From Promethearchaeota archaeon (lineage in GTDB: Archaea; Asgardarchaeota; Lokiarchaeia; Sigyniarchaeales; SOKP01): a stretch of 64,000 bases of DNA. Shown in pieces: positions 1-10,696 of this stretch. The DNA lies in NCBI GenBank assembly GCA_016840085.1, contig JAEOTA010000006.1, positions 19,639 through 83,638 on the forward strand, written 5' to 3'. The notes under the pieces are model-generated. The model did no database searches and was not told the origin of the DNA. It saw only the letters and a list, made by a program, of their open reading frames with translations. How positions within the stretch are numbered: position 1 is the first letter of the stretch; every line of letters begins with the position of its first letter. The position numbers were made by a program, and so were the translations under genes.

Positions 1-344
1 TTATTATTTGGAAAGTGAGATTTTTCAAAACTCTGATTTTTGTCTGATAAAATCTCGGAGTAATTGTTATTTGTAAGACCTTTCGAAATTATATCTCATC
101 TCGAAGAAATTTGAGTTTGATAAATATTGCACTGATCTTATATTTAAAAATAGAGCCTCTCCAAATTTAGTGGAGATTTTAGACATTTTTATGCAAAAAT
201 AGAGAGAATTTCAAAAAAAAAGTGAATCTTAGAATTATAATGTTTTGACGAAAATAATTATTTATTAATAGTGTGAAGAAATTATAATATATCTTTAAGT
301 TCACTTATCTTATAAAAATAAATACAAAATTATGGAGAAATATT

Positions 345-1745
345 ATGGCTGAAGAAAGGAAAAGTTCCGAGTCTGAATACTCTTTAAAGAAGGCAGTATT
401 ATACAGTTTTGGTGGTTTTACAGATGTTGTTTTTCTACAATTTTTCACTTTTTTAATATTTACATTTTACTATTCTGTAATTCAATTAAATGTTGTCTTA
501 ATAACTATTGCTTTTGTAATTTGGTCTATATGGAATGCGATTAATGATCCACTTTTAGGGGCACTATCTGATCGAACTAGCACAAAATGGGGTCGTAGAA
601 AACCATTTATTTTTGCCGCTATTTTTCCCCTACTCATTGTTAATGTTTTACTCTGGACTCCCCCTAGAGGGGATGTAACAGCTACTTTCATCTATTTCTT
701 AGTCATCATTATCCTATGGGAATTATTTTACACAATGTTCTCATTGAACCAAACATCATTATTTCCTGAAATGTTTCGAGACTTGGATCAACGAGCAAAA
801 GCAAATACTTCAGTTCAATTCTTTCAAGTTATTTCTCTTTTAGTTGCTTTTATTTTACCGGGAATATTCATCCCTCAATATAATGATCCACAGTATTTTT
901 CTGAATTCCGTATAGCAGCGATTGTAATTTCAATCATTTGTGGTACTACTGGACTTCTTTTTATTAAATTTGGCATAAGAGAAAGAGTGGAATTTTCTAA
1001 GGATCCTGAAAGTGCACCCTCGTTCTTAACTGCATTAAAGTATACATTCAGAAATAAATCATTCAGGCTGTATATTATTGGAAATTTTGCTCTTTGGTAT
1101 GCATTTGGCATGTTACCAACTGTATGGCCTCTCTATGGTGATTTTGTGTTGGGTGTCCCCGATGCTTTTGTTCAATCATTAATGCTCGGAGGGGCTTTTA
1201 TTGCTGCTATGATTTTTATGTTCCCATGGCGGATTATAGTTAATAAACTTGGAGCTAAGAGCGCTTACATTTTAGCATTAATTGTTTTTATCGCAACATT
1301 GTCGCCATTTATGTTTATATCTAATTTTCTGGGTGGGTTAATCACGATGATAATTTGGGGCTTTGGACTGGCTGGTGTACTGTTTGTTAGAGACATTACA
1401 ATCGCGGCTATAATTGATGAGGATGAATTAAATACTGGAATCCGAAGAGAAGCGGGGTACTATGGTATAAATGGGTTTATAATTAAATTAACTAATGTAG
1501 TAATTTATATTACAATAGCACTTGTATTTATTGGAGTAGAATGGGCTATCTTTGACCCTACTACAATAACTGATGCGAATATTTTTGGTTTACGTAGCTT
1601 AATGTTTATTTTTCCTACAATCTTTCTAGTACTTGGAATTATAGCAATGCTATTTTTTCCGATCGATAAGGAAAAATATGATAAATTAACAGAGGACGCT
1701 AGAAAACTTCATTCAGAAAAAAAAGAAAAGGTTGCTCGTAACTAA
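345..1745 (+). CDS. MFS transporter, GPH/MelB-like sugar:cation symporter family
   Basis: ~12 TM helices; motifs WNAINDPLLGALSDRTSTKWGRRKPF and IIDEDELNTGIRREAGYYG. Confidence 0.9.
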   Translation: MAEERKSSESEYSLKKAVLYSFGGFTDVVFLQFFTFLIFTFYYSVIQLNVVLITIAFVIWSIWNAINDPLLGALSDRTSTKWGRRKPFIFAAIFPLLIVNVLLWTPPRGDVTATFIYFLVIIILWELFYTMFSLNQTSLFPEMFRDLDQRAKANTSVQFFQVISLLVAFILPGIFIPQYNDPQYFSEFRIAAIVISIICGTTGLLFIKFGIRERVEFSKDPESAPSFLTALKYTFRNKSFRLYIIGNFALWYAFGMLPTVWPLYGDFVLGVPDAFVQSLMLGGAFIAAMIFMFPWRIIVNKLGAKSAYILALIVFIATLSPFMFISNFLGGLITMIIWGFGLAGVLFVRDITIAAIIDEDELNTGIRREAGYYGINGFIIKLTNVVIYITIALVFIGVEWAIFDPTTITDANIFGLRSLMFIFPTIFLVLGIIAMLFFPIDKEKYDKLTEDARKLHSEKKEKVARN

Positions 1746-1814
1746 TACAATGTCTTTTTCAAGGCATTTAAAATTTGATTTTTTTATTTATATTTTTTTA
1801 TAAAAAAAGTTAAA

Positions 1815-3323
1815 TCAATTATATCTTCGAAGTTTCAGATAATTTCCATAGCTCCACAAACGATAAATGCTTTTAGCTGCTGCTTCAACTGAATTATATA
1901 CCATTATCCCTTTTTTTATCATTTTAGGACGAAATTCTTGTATGGCTTCTGCTGTTTCCTTTCGTGGTGCAAATGACATATGTACACTAATTAAGTTTTT
2001 TTCTGAGTTTGGTGGTAAAGTATTAGCATAACTATTAACAACTTCATCCATATCTAATCCTTGTGAAATATACCATTCAGGACTATTAGTAATCATTATT
2101 GAAGAAATATGAGGTTCATTATTTAGAACCTTTATAGTTTTAATCATATTTTCATGACCACCATGGGCCCCAAATTCTAAAGGGTTTGTTAAATTTGAAT
2201 TTACTTCAGGAATGAATTCATTTATCATTTTTTGTGCTTTTTCTGTGATTCTTGGAACTTTTAAGCCATTTAACTCACATTCATCTGTCATCTCAACTGC
2301 TGGTCCTCCTCCACCTGTAATGATTGCTGTACCGAGATTGCTAGGAATTTTATATATTAGACAGGTTTGGATCATTTCAATTAACTCTTTAAAGTTTCTT
2401 ACAAGGATTGCACCTGTTTGATGCATCATAGCTCTCCATAATTTAATGTTACCCGCTAAACCACCAGTATGACTCATCACTGCGCTATGTCCAGCTTCTA
2501 ATTTACCACCTTTCCATATTATAACCGGTTTCTCTTTAGTTGTTTTTTTCAATAGTTGAACAAAATCATTTCCACTTCTCTTTATATTCTCAATATACAT
2601 AGAAATTACTTTAGTATCTGGATCGGTTCTAAAATAATTCAAGAAATCTACTATATCAAGATCTATTTGATTGCCAAGAGAAATTACTTTTGAAAAAAAA
2701 TAACTATTCAATGGTCCAATATGGGAATGTCTCCCTGCTATTCCCCCCGATTGACTTATAAAGGTTACTGGACCATCCTTTAATGGAAGGCGATGTGTAA
2801 AGCCCAATCGCCCTTTTGGATTATAAATACCCATACAATTAGGACCAAGAATCCGGATGTGACTTTTTTTTGCTTTCTCTAAAAGTTGTTTTTCTAGTTT
2901 ATACCCTTTTTCACCAAGTTCTGAAAATCCACTAGCAAAAATATGAGCAAATAACACACCTTTTTTTCCTAATTCCTCAACAATTTGAGGTGTGATTTTA
3001 GCTGGAACAGCCACTATTCCCAGGTCAATAGGCGGATCATCTGGTAAAGAAGAAATCGAAGCACGTACTTTGAATCCCTGAATTTCTTCTCCAGCATACT
3101 TTGGATTAACAGGATAAACTGCTCCTGCGTATTCATATTCCTTAAATGTTTCCAAGTAGTGGGATCCTCCCCAATCTCTATCCTTACTTACCCCAACTAC
3201 TACCACTGCTCGTGGGTTAAATAATCGATTAAAAGGGATATTTTCTCTTTCAAAGGGGGTATTTTTTTCTTTAATTTCTCTTTCCGATATAAAGTCAGGT
3301 TTGTGGCTCTCACATTTTGTTAT
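1815..3323 (-). CDS. ADP-forming acyl-CoA synthetase alpha-type (CoA-binding) subunit; start extended from track GTG 3206 to probable ATA 3323
   Basis: ILGPNCMG, SQSGG, SLGNQ and catalytic SHTG motifs; conserved LFNPRAVVVVG lies upstream of the GTG; GGTGA 6 nt before ATA. Confidence 0.8.
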   Translation of the reverse strand: MTKCESHKPDFISEREIKEKNTPFERENIPFNRLFNPRAVVVVGVSKDRDWGGSHYLETFKEYEYAGAVYPVNPKYAGEEIQGFKVRASISSLPDDPPIDLGIVAVPAKITPQIVEELGKKGVLFAHIFASGFSELGEKGYKLEKQLLEKAKKSHIRILGPNCMGIYNPKGRLGFTHRLPLKDGPVTFISQSGGIAGRHSHIGPLNSYFFSKVISLGNQIDLDIVDFLNYFRTDPDTKVISMYIENIKRSGNDFVQLLKKTTKEKPVIIWKGGKLEAGHSAVMSHTGGLAGNIKLWRAMMHQTGAILVRNFKELIEMIQTCLIYKIPSNLGTAIITGGGGPAVEMTDECELNGLKVPRITEKAQKMINEFIPEVNSNLTNPLEFGAHGGHENMIKTIKVLNNEPHISSIMITNSPEWYISQGLDMDEVVNSYANTLPPNSEKNLISVHMSFAPRKETAEAIQEFRPKMIKKGIMVYNSVEAAAKSIYRLWSYGNYLKLRRYN

Positions 3324-3429
3324 ATTAAATCACCAATAATTAAAAACCCTAATTTCTAGATGATTAAATTAAGCGTACGTAAAAAATTTTTTTAATTAAA
3401 AAAGTAAAAAATAATAAAAAATTATTAAA

Positions 3430-4005
3430 TTAAAGCTTAGATCCACAATTTGGGCAAAAACTGGCTTTTACTTCTAATTTATGACCACAATAAACGCAAA
3501 AATTCTTATCTTCTGTGGGTAATGGAGCATCAAGTTTTTTAGTAGGTGGAACATACTCAGTTGCGGGTTGATATATTACTCCTTTACCTAATATGATTTG
3601 TCCAGTTTCAGAATTAAAACTATATTGTACTATTCCTTTGTTACGCAAATCTACCAATACACGTAAAATATCTTTAGGTCTCATACCAATTTCCAAAGCA
3701 ATATGTTCTAGTTTATGTGTTCCTTCGAAATTTCTTTGAGCTACAGCATTCTTTACAACTTGTTTGTATTTAATGTTCCTATAAAGTTGTTGAAACCCTC
3801 CAATAAAAATGAAAAAAGCTGGAATAAACATCCAGTAGCCCCACGCACTAAGTCCAATAAAATCTATGTCAAGTGCTCGTAATACTAAAGATAAAATCGC
3901 AACAAAAAGGAACACACATCCACACGCAAAAGTTCCTATAGATGCTTCATAAGATTCTTTATAATAATATCTATGCTTATATTTTTCACTACTCAATTTA
4001 ATCAA
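3430..4005 (-). CDS. Membrane protein with wHTH-like middle region and C-terminal zinc ribbon
   Basis: Two TM helices; C-terminal CVYCG...CPNCG. Confidence 0.7.
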   Translation of the reverse strand: MIKLSSEKYKHRYYYKESYEASIGTFACGCVFLFVAILSLVLRALDIDFIGLSAWGYWMFIPAFFIFIGGFQQLYRNIKYKQVVKNAVAQRNFEGTHKLEHIALEIGMRPKDILRVLVDLRNKGIVQYSFNSETGQIILGKGVIYQPATEYVPPTKKLDAPLPTEDKNFCVYCGHKLEVKASFCPNCGSKL

Positions 4006-4093
4006 TTCCTGTTAAAATTGTAATAAGTTATAGTATACAATTATAATTAAGTGTTTAAATTTTTTGAATAGACCAATTTTTATTAAAAAGAAA

Positions 4094-5704
4094 TTAGAAT
4101 ATATTAAATGCCTTTCCCATCCAATATACAACAAGATAAGAGGTAGGCACTGCCTGTCTTAAGCCATTTCCAGTTGGATTACCACCATCACCATAAAATT
4201 TGGAATGCTCCCACAGGAAACTATGGACTCCCATTTCTGAGACCGTTAACGGTTTGAGATATAAAGAATCTTCAAAATTGATCACATCTCCAATCCAAGA
4301 AAATAAACTGCCATAAACGTTATTTTCAAAGAAATTTTTCCATTTTTCTTTATTTGACTCTGTGTCCATTTTTCTGATTTCTGGATTTAGGCTTGTTGCA
4401 CGCGTGGAATTCGGTCTTACCGTTAAATTGTAATCTCTAATCCCATTGTCCCATCCTGAGGTATTAAAGCGCCAAAGTTGGTCAAGAACATCCCATCTTA
4501 TCATTTCATCATTATAATTTAGATTTTCAAATTCAGAAGGATTTGTTATTAATGTCATAAAAACTAAATGCCCAATATTGAAAAAGGCATTGCGATGATA
4601 CTTGACATATCTATAAAACTTTTGTTCAAAATTTTCAATATAGTGATATTGCAATTTTAGATTGTCTTCAAGCAGAATTAACGCAATTTCTACATCCATT
4701 CCAAAGGCAAGTGCATAAGTATCATACGCTGTATTCTGTTTTCCTCCCATAGCCGCTTCATTCATAGACAACATTTTAGACGCTGCATAATGATATAAAG
4801 AATCATACTTTTCAGGTAAAGCTGTAGCTCCTATTCTTAGGAGAGTTAATTGCCATGCACTACCTTCAAAGAAAGGATTAAGATCTGAACCAACTGGTTC
4901 ACCTTCTCCCCCCAAAACAAGCCAGTTAGTCTTTTTAAAGCCCTCAATCATTTGTTCTGTCAATAATGTTATTCTATTTACACACCATTTACTATCGTCA
5001 TTTTCATTAGGATCAATAAATTTTAAGACACATGCAAACCCGAGGAAATATCCTGCAAGTTCATCTCTACTTGTATGAAGCCGTACTCGCCATTTTTGAT
5101 AAGGCCCTGTTCCATTGAAATGTCTTGGATGTTCTTCAAAAATCCAAGGATGATATTTACGATTTTCAGGAGCACATACAAATCTTGCTGGCATTCCAGT
5201 ATATTGAGGACCAATTCCTCCATTAGGTGCGGCTAACATATTGCTAAAAGCACTTACACATTTTTTGACCATGCGTGTGGCGTTATTCAATTCAAGTATA
5301 TCCCCACTGTCTAACGCTGCTTTATATCTAAAACATTGAGATGCTAGGGTGTAACCTATTTTTAAAGCACCGTTATCTGTGCCATGCCATGTTTCAACTT
5401 CCAAATAACTACAGTTAGTAAAAGTTATATCAACACTAATATTTGTGGGCATATGAAATCTCTCCATTTGCAAATCATATGTATGAGCTAATTTATCTAA
5501 ATAACTTGAATTCCCTAAGATGTCATTTAAGTTATAAAAATATTTTGTGTTTGGAGGATCCAATTTTAAAGTAAAAGAAGCAACATTATCTAACACATAT
5601 AGACAGAGACCTGCATAACTACCAAAACCAATTAATGGGATTAAAAATAGAAATGTAATAGCAGCATTTTTTTTTTTAAGATTTTTCCTCTTTCTTATCC
5701 TCAT
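4094..5704 (-). CDS. Uncharacterised N-terminally anchored extracellular protein, possibly alpha/alpha-toroid hydrolase-like
   Basis: Basic N-terminus plus TM; DNGA and HTSRDELAGY motifs; function uncertain. Confidence 0.5.
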   Translation of the reverse strand: MRIRKRKNLKKKNAAITFLFLIPLIGFGSYAGLCLYVLDNVASFTLKLDPPNTKYFYNLNDILGNSSYLDKLAHTYDLQMERFHMPTNISVDITFTNCSYLEVETWHGTDNGALKIGYTLASQCFRYKAALDSGDILELNNATRMVKKCVSAFSNMLAAPNGGIGPQYTGMPARFVCAPENRKYHPWIFEEHPRHFNGTGPYQKWRVRLHTSRDELAGYFLGFACVLKFIDPNENDDSKWCVNRITLLTEQMIEGFKKTNWLVLGGEGEPVGSDLNPFFEGSAWQLTLLRIGATALPEKYDSLYHYAASKMLSMNEAAMGGKQNTAYDTYALAFGMDVEIALILLEDNLKLQYHYIENFEQKFYRYVKYHRNAFFNIGHLVFMTLITNPSEFENLNYNDEMIRWDVLDQLWRFNTSGWDNGIRDYNLTVRPNSTRATSLNPEIRKMDTESNKEKWKNFFENNVYGSLFSWIGDVINFEDSLYLKPLTVSEMGVHSFLWEHSKFYGDGGNPTGNGLRQAVPTSYLVVYWMGKAFNIF

Positions 5705-5712
5705 AATATTAA

Positions 5713-6462
5713 CTATGAGCTGGAACTATTTAATTCTTTTAACCAAGATGAATCTTTTTTTAATAGTTTATAAATTTCTATATTACCAAAATCTCCTCTA
5801 AATTGATCTTTTTCCATTTTAATTACCCTGACTTTCCAATTTCTCTCTTTAATTCCAATTCTGATAGCATCTGGTATTTCAATCTCTCCTCTTTTAGAAG
5901 GTTTTAAAATTTTTAAAACATTAAAAATTTCTTTAGAAAAAATAAAAATTCCACAATTATTATAATTGTATCCTGAGTCTTTGGGAGGTTTTTCTATAAT
6001 ATCTTTACAGTATAAATCATCAGAAATTACAGCAGCTCCCAAATAAGGATCGTAAGAAAAATTCACTACCATGACGAAATTTTGGTTCTCATTTAGAAAT
6101 GTTTTGTAAATATCTTTATACACCTTATAAGGCACTAATACATCTCCCCAAGTTAAAAAGAAATGACTTTCATCAATGAATTGTTCACATAATAATAAAG
6201 CTCCGCCTGTGCCACTTAATTCTTTTTGTTCGACATACTTTATATTTATTCCCCATTTCTTACCATCTCGAAAATAAGCTAAAATTTGTTCTTTTTGATA
6301 TCCTACTACTAATATTAATTCTTTGAAGCCACTAGAAATTAACCCATTTACAATATATTCTAATAAAGGTTTTCCATGGATAGGAAGCATCGTTTTTTGG
6401 TAAACATCAGTATAAGGTTTCAATCGTTTACCATATCCTGCACACAAAATTATAGCCTTCAA
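5713..6462 (-). CDS. Sugar-phosphate nucleotidyltransferase (NTP_transferase)
   Basis: AIILCAGYGKRLKP, GTGGA, EKP and RGEIEIPD motifs; overlaps upstream kinase by 4 nt. Confidence 0.9.
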   Translation of the reverse strand: MKAIILCAGYGKRLKPYTDVYQKTMLPIHGKPLLEYIVNGLISSGFKELILVVGYQKEQILAYFRDGKKWGINIKYVEQKELSGTGGALLLCEQFIDESHFFLTWGDVLVPYKVYKDIYKTFLNENQNFVMVVNFSYDPYLGAAVISDDLYCKDIIEKPPKDSGYNYNNCGIFIFSKEIFNVLKILKPSKRGEIEIPDAIRIGIKERNWKVRVIKMEKDQFRGDFGNIEIYKLLKKDSSWLKELNSSSS

Positions 6463-7562
6463 TAATATTCAGCTCCATTACTAGTTTTTAGTATAAATGC
6501 CTTACCACCAGCATCTTCAATAGCATTTTTAATTTTTTCTTCCCCTCCAGGTGATAAAGCAAATATGGTCCCACCAAATCCAGATCCATTTATTTTTCCA
6601 CCTAAAGCACCAGATCTTTTGCATTTAAGCAACATATCATCAATTTTTCGAGTAGAAACTTGAATATTTTCTTTTAACTGTTTTTGATGCAAATCTAATA
6701 AATTACCTAGTGATTCATAGAATTTTAGAGTTTTTTTAGAATATTCTTCTTTTAAGAATATATATCTATTTTGTTCAATTAATTTTTTAGCTTTAATTGT
6801 ATAATTTCGATTATGAATATTTCCTAAAATTTTCTTTTGATATTCTTTTTTTAGATTAGGTAAAAAAGGTTCTATTTCTTCTAAATTTGTTGTATATTGA
6901 TTAAAATTTGGCATTATTTTTTTTATTTCTTTAAATGCGTTAAGAGTCACATTTTTAACCCTAATTAAATCATCAACTGTTTTTTTCTTTTCCATGGAAT
7001 TTCCCAAAACAAAACCGTTAAGTTTGACTTTATAATGGATTAAATTTGGTTTAGGTAATTTAGGTTCAAGGTAGATTAAATTACCAAAAGTAGAAGCGAA
7101 ATGATCCATCATCCCGCCACCCTCTTTAAACTCTTTAACTTCTGTATTATATCCATCGAGTGCTAATTGAAATGATTTTACTTTTTTATTACTGATAATA
7201 TTTAAAAAAAATAACCATACCATAACTAAAGCTGAAGAGCTAGCAACTCCCGCGTTAATGGGTATATCTCCAGTTATATTAATCTTATAACCTTTATCAA
7301 ACCGTACACCTTTTCTTAAAAATTGATTATAACCACTTCTGAGATAATCTCTTTTCGATTCATATTCTAATTTTTTCTTATTTAATTTAATTTCTGATTG
7401 TTGGCTAATATCTGACATATTGATTAGGAATTTAGATTCCAATATTCGTTCTGCTTCTAAATATATGTATTTTGAAATAGCCATTGCAATAACAGGAAAA
7501 TTTAAATAATCCTGATGTTCTCCAAATAAGCAAATCCTGCCAGGAGCTCTTAACCGAATCAT
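6459..7562 (-). CDS. GHMP kinase, galactokinase-like
   Basis: APGRICLFGEHQDY, PINAGVASSSA, GMMDH and GSGFGG motifs. Confidence 0.9.
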   Translation of the reverse strand: MIRLRAPGRICLFGEHQDYLNFPVIAMAISKYIYLEAERILESKFLINMSDISQQSEIKLNKKKLEYESKRDYLRSGYNQFLRKGVRFDKGYKINITGDIPINAGVASSSALVMVWLFFLNIISNKKVKSFQLALDGYNTEVKEFKEGGGMMDHFASTFGNLIYLEPKLPKPNLIHYKVKLNGFVLGNSMEKKKTVDDLIRVKNVTLNAFKEIKKIMPNFNQYTTNLEEIEPFLPNLKKEYQKKILGNIHNRNYTIKAKKLIEQNRYIFLKEEYSKKTLKFYESLGNLLDLHQKQLKENIQVSTRKIDDMLLKCKRSGALGGKINGSGFGGTIFALSPGGEEKIKNAIEDAGGKAFILKTSNGAEYY

Positions 7563-7690
7563 ATTATTGTGATTATTAATATTATTAGCGTATTACAGAT
7601 GTATTATAATCACTTGTGTATTATAATTATTGATTTTGTGAATACAACTACAAGATTTTTAACAATATTTGACAGTTACTCCTGAGCTTA

Positions 7691-8440
7691 ATGATTTGCG
7701 ACGTTGTCATTATTAAAGATGGATTACCATTACTATCTAAGAATATCTCCAATTCATTTAATACAAAAAATTTGTTTTCTGAGGTAGATAACCTTATAAT
7801 GGTAAGTGGGTTCTTTTCAGCCCTGAATTCATTTTCAGATTCATTTGAGGATTTAGGAACCATTAGCGAATTGAAGCTTTCAAATAATAATCTTAAATTA
7901 TCGTTTTTAAAAGATTCAAATATACCAGATTTAATTTATCTTGCGACCTATGATAAGAATTCTGAACTTGCAAATGTACAAAGATTTTTAAAAAAACTAG
8001 CTAACAATTTTTTAAAAGAATTTAGTATTAATCAAATTTCAAATTGGAACGGCAGATTAGATAGTTTTAAATCATTTGAAAATGTAATTAAGCATTATAT
8101 TGAAGTAGAAGACAGTAAAAAGAAAGCTCAATTCAAAAATCAGGTATATGATTGGATTAAAGGTTTCGAAAATCCAATTGATCAAATTGAAACACCTAAA
8201 ACAGAATCAGAAATAGTAGATTCTGTTCCAGACTTTTATATTTATATTCCAACTATTATGACCTCTGAAAAAGTAAATTCTAAATATTATTTAACAGGAG
8301 ATACATCGTGTAAAGTGTATGAATTTATTGATGGAAAGAAAAACATTAACCAAATCGCGGAAGAATTAAATTTAAGTCAAAAAAAAGTTTATAATCTATG
8401 TAAAAGCCTATGTAAAATACAACTTATTTCATTCAAATAA
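7691..8440 (+). CDS. Longin-like domain protein with C-terminal winged helix
   Basis: N-terminal longin pattern (IIKDGLPL, MVSGFFSALNSF); C-terminal IDGKKNINQIAEELNLS HTH. Confidence 0.65.
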   Translation: MICDVVIIKDGLPLLSKNISNSFNTKNLFSEVDNLIMVSGFFSALNSFSDSFEDLGTISELKLSNNNLKLSFLKDSNIPDLIYLATYDKNSELANVQRFLKKLANNFLKEFSINQISNWNGRLDSFKSFENVIKHYIEVEDSKKKAQFKNQVYDWIKGFENPIDQIETPKTESEIVDSVPDFYIYIPTIMTSEKVNSKYYLTGDTSCKVYEFIDGKKNINQIAEELNLSQKKVYNLCKSLCKIQLISFK

Positions 8441-8498
8441 AAATTTAATACACAAATTTTTTACCGCAAAATTTGGCTCCGTTAGTTTGTTGCATTAG

Positions 8499-9216
8499 CA
8501 AGAACAAGTTTTACTTACAAAAAATTTAAAATCTAATGGTGATGAGATAGAGATTTCATTTTTAAAAAAACATGAAAAACTTTTAAATCAAAGAGAAAAA
8601 CAGTTAAGGCAAAAAGAAATAATGTTGGAGCAACGAGAAGAAGATCAAGTAATTATTCACTCATATGAAAATAAAAGATTTGATCGCATTTTAAATTCCA
8701 ATAATGATAATGAATTAGTCATTCCTATGGTATATTACGCGTTAATTAATTCATTTGATAATAATATTAAAGCAACTACATTTTCTATTCAAGGATTAGG
8801 TTCGGGTAGAGGTTTGATTCTTAAGGATCCTGTAAATAATATTTTCGCAATGTCGTATATTTAATTACCAAATTCCTCTGCTGCTAAGCAAGGTTATCAT
8901 TTGCTTTTTCCTCATACTTTTATAGATACATATACAAGATTTATATAATAACTTATTATACCCTGGAGCAAAAGAAGCAAACATTAGAGTAAGTATTGTC
9001 AGTGGAGCTAAACTATTTTTAGATTATGACCAGACATATCAAGAAAACATAGAAAATATTAAAAAAGGATTAAGTTCAATGCATATAAAAATAGATTCAG
9101 AAGATATTGGAGGTTTAAGTGAAAGATCAGTAATTTACGACTCCATAAATGATGCGCTTTATGTTAAAAAAACATGGGAATTCCAATATCGACAAATAAC
9201 ACAATTGAACTTATAA
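8499..9216 (+). pseudogene. cheD: CheD-like deamidase pseudogene (5' limit approximate)
   Basis: GLGSGRGLILKDPVNNIFAMSYI*LP..., frameshift near 8931, then GAKEANIRVSIVSGAKLF...EDIGGLSERSVIYD...LYVKK ending at TAA 9216. Confidence 0.75.
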
Positions 9217-9245
9217 TATCTTTGCTCTACTTAATTTAGAATTAA

Positions 9246-10193
9246 TTAATATCGATATATATCAAATATCCAAGCTCTTCCTCCTGTTTCGGTTATTGCT
9301 TCGGCGACTTCTTTTTGTTTACTAGGTGCTATCGCAACCATACATCCTCCACCACCAGCCCCCATTTGTTTTGCACCTAAAGCACCAGCATCTTTTGCTG
9401 CTTTACATAAATTTACGATTTTTGGGGTATCTGCTTTCAAAACTGCTTCTTGTGCTTGTTGTTTATTCATTAATTCCCCTAATTTATTAAAGTCTTTCTT
9501 CAATAACGCGTCCCTTGCTTGATAAACACAGTTTTCTATTACTCGAAAAGCTTCTAATATAGCAGGATCATTTTCTTTTATCTGTTTTTTTACTCTATTT
9601 AATACAAAAGATGCTTTTCTTTCTTCTAATGAATCTCCAACAACAATCGGCATTTTTTCAATGCCTAAGTGCTCTACCCCAGGATTTTCATAACTTGTAT
9701 TTATAAACACAATTCCACCATGAGCGATTGTATATTGATCTAACCTACCACACATTATTCCCAGATCATGGTTCTCACCTAAATAAGCAAGCTCTGCAAT
9801 TTCATCTAATGCGAGATTCAAATTATATGCTTGATTTATAGCTTTAATAAAACCTATTGATACAGCAGCAGAAGTTGATAATCCTGCTCCAATTGGAATG
9901 TCAGAATCTACTTCCATAAAAAATCCTTTTTTAATATGCTTCTTAAGTCTTTCATATAAAACACTCCAATAAGCTAAATCAATGTCACGAGGTGGAGACT
10001 CATTTAAATTGAATGATATCCTTTCTTTAGTATTATGGCTATAGAATTCAACGATATTATCAGTCTTTTCTTTATAAGTGATTGTCATCATCAAATTTAT
10101 TGCCATACCGATAACAGGTTTTCCTAAAAGGTCTACTTTATCCCCCATCAAACAAATTCGACCCGGTATTTTTAGAGAGATTTCTTTTTCCAT
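9246..10193 (-). CDS. GHMP kinase (mevalonate/sugar kinase-like)
   Basis: PGRICLMGDKVD, PIGAGLSTSAA, CGRLDQ and GAGGGG motifs. Confidence 0.85.
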   Translation of the reverse strand: MEKEISLKIPGRICLMGDKVDLLGKPVIGMAINLMMTITYKEKTDNIVEFYSHNTKERISFNLNESPPRDIDLAYWSVLYERLKKHIKKGFFMEVDSDIPIGAGLSTSAAVSIGFIKAINQAYNLNLALDEIAELAYLGENHDLGIMCGRLDQYTIAHGGIVFINTSYENPGVEHLGIEKMPIVVGDSLEERKASFVLNRVKKQIKENDPAILEAFRVIENCVYQARDALLKKDFNKLGELMNKQQAQEAVLKADTPKIVNLCKAAKDAGALGAKQMGAGGGGCMVAIAPSKQKEVAEAITETGGRAWIFDIYRY

Positions 10194-10265
10194 AATAATT
10201 AAACTTGAACTATAGTTTTAATGTCGAATTAATTAATTCAAAATTAGGGTGTGAAAAATAATATT

Positions 10266-10571
10266 TTACAGTTGCTTTCTTTTTTGCTGGAGTTTCTTCT
10301 TCTTACGATCTGCCTCTTGAATTTCCTCTTGTAACTCATACATCTGTGAATCAACTCTACCTTGTAGTTTAAATTGCCCAAAAATTTTACTTTCTTCACG
10401 CTCACCAGATTTTGAAATTTTTTCAAAAGATAATTCTATTGGTAAATCTTGATTTAAAGCTAAATTTATAAAGTTTATGAATCCAATGTGTTTACTCGGC
10501 GCAATATTAAATTTTATAATTAAATCTTTATTTTTTTTGGTTTTTGTTTTTAAAATTAAACGTAATTTCAA
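10266..10571 (-). CDS. Hypothetical small basic protein
   Basis: 101-aa ORF with TTG start and typical composition. Confidence 0.6.
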   Translation of the reverse strand: MKLRLILKTKTKKNKDLIIKFNIAPSKHIGFINFINLALNQDLPIELSFEKISKSGEREESKIFGQFKLQGRVDSQMYELQEEIQEADRKKKKLQQKRKQL

Positions 10572-10696
10572 GAGTTTTCAATCTCGTTGTTGTGTTACTG
10601 AATTAATTATATATTTAAAATAAATAAAATAAAAAAACTATGTTATTTTATAATGAGAAATATATTTTAATTTAACCCATAAAACATTATGTAAAA

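Noticed and set aside
8862-8864. Recoding (Sec/Pyl) in the CheD-like gene
   Set aside because: The stop is TAA and is accompanied by a frameshift and lost catalytic residues, so decay is simpler
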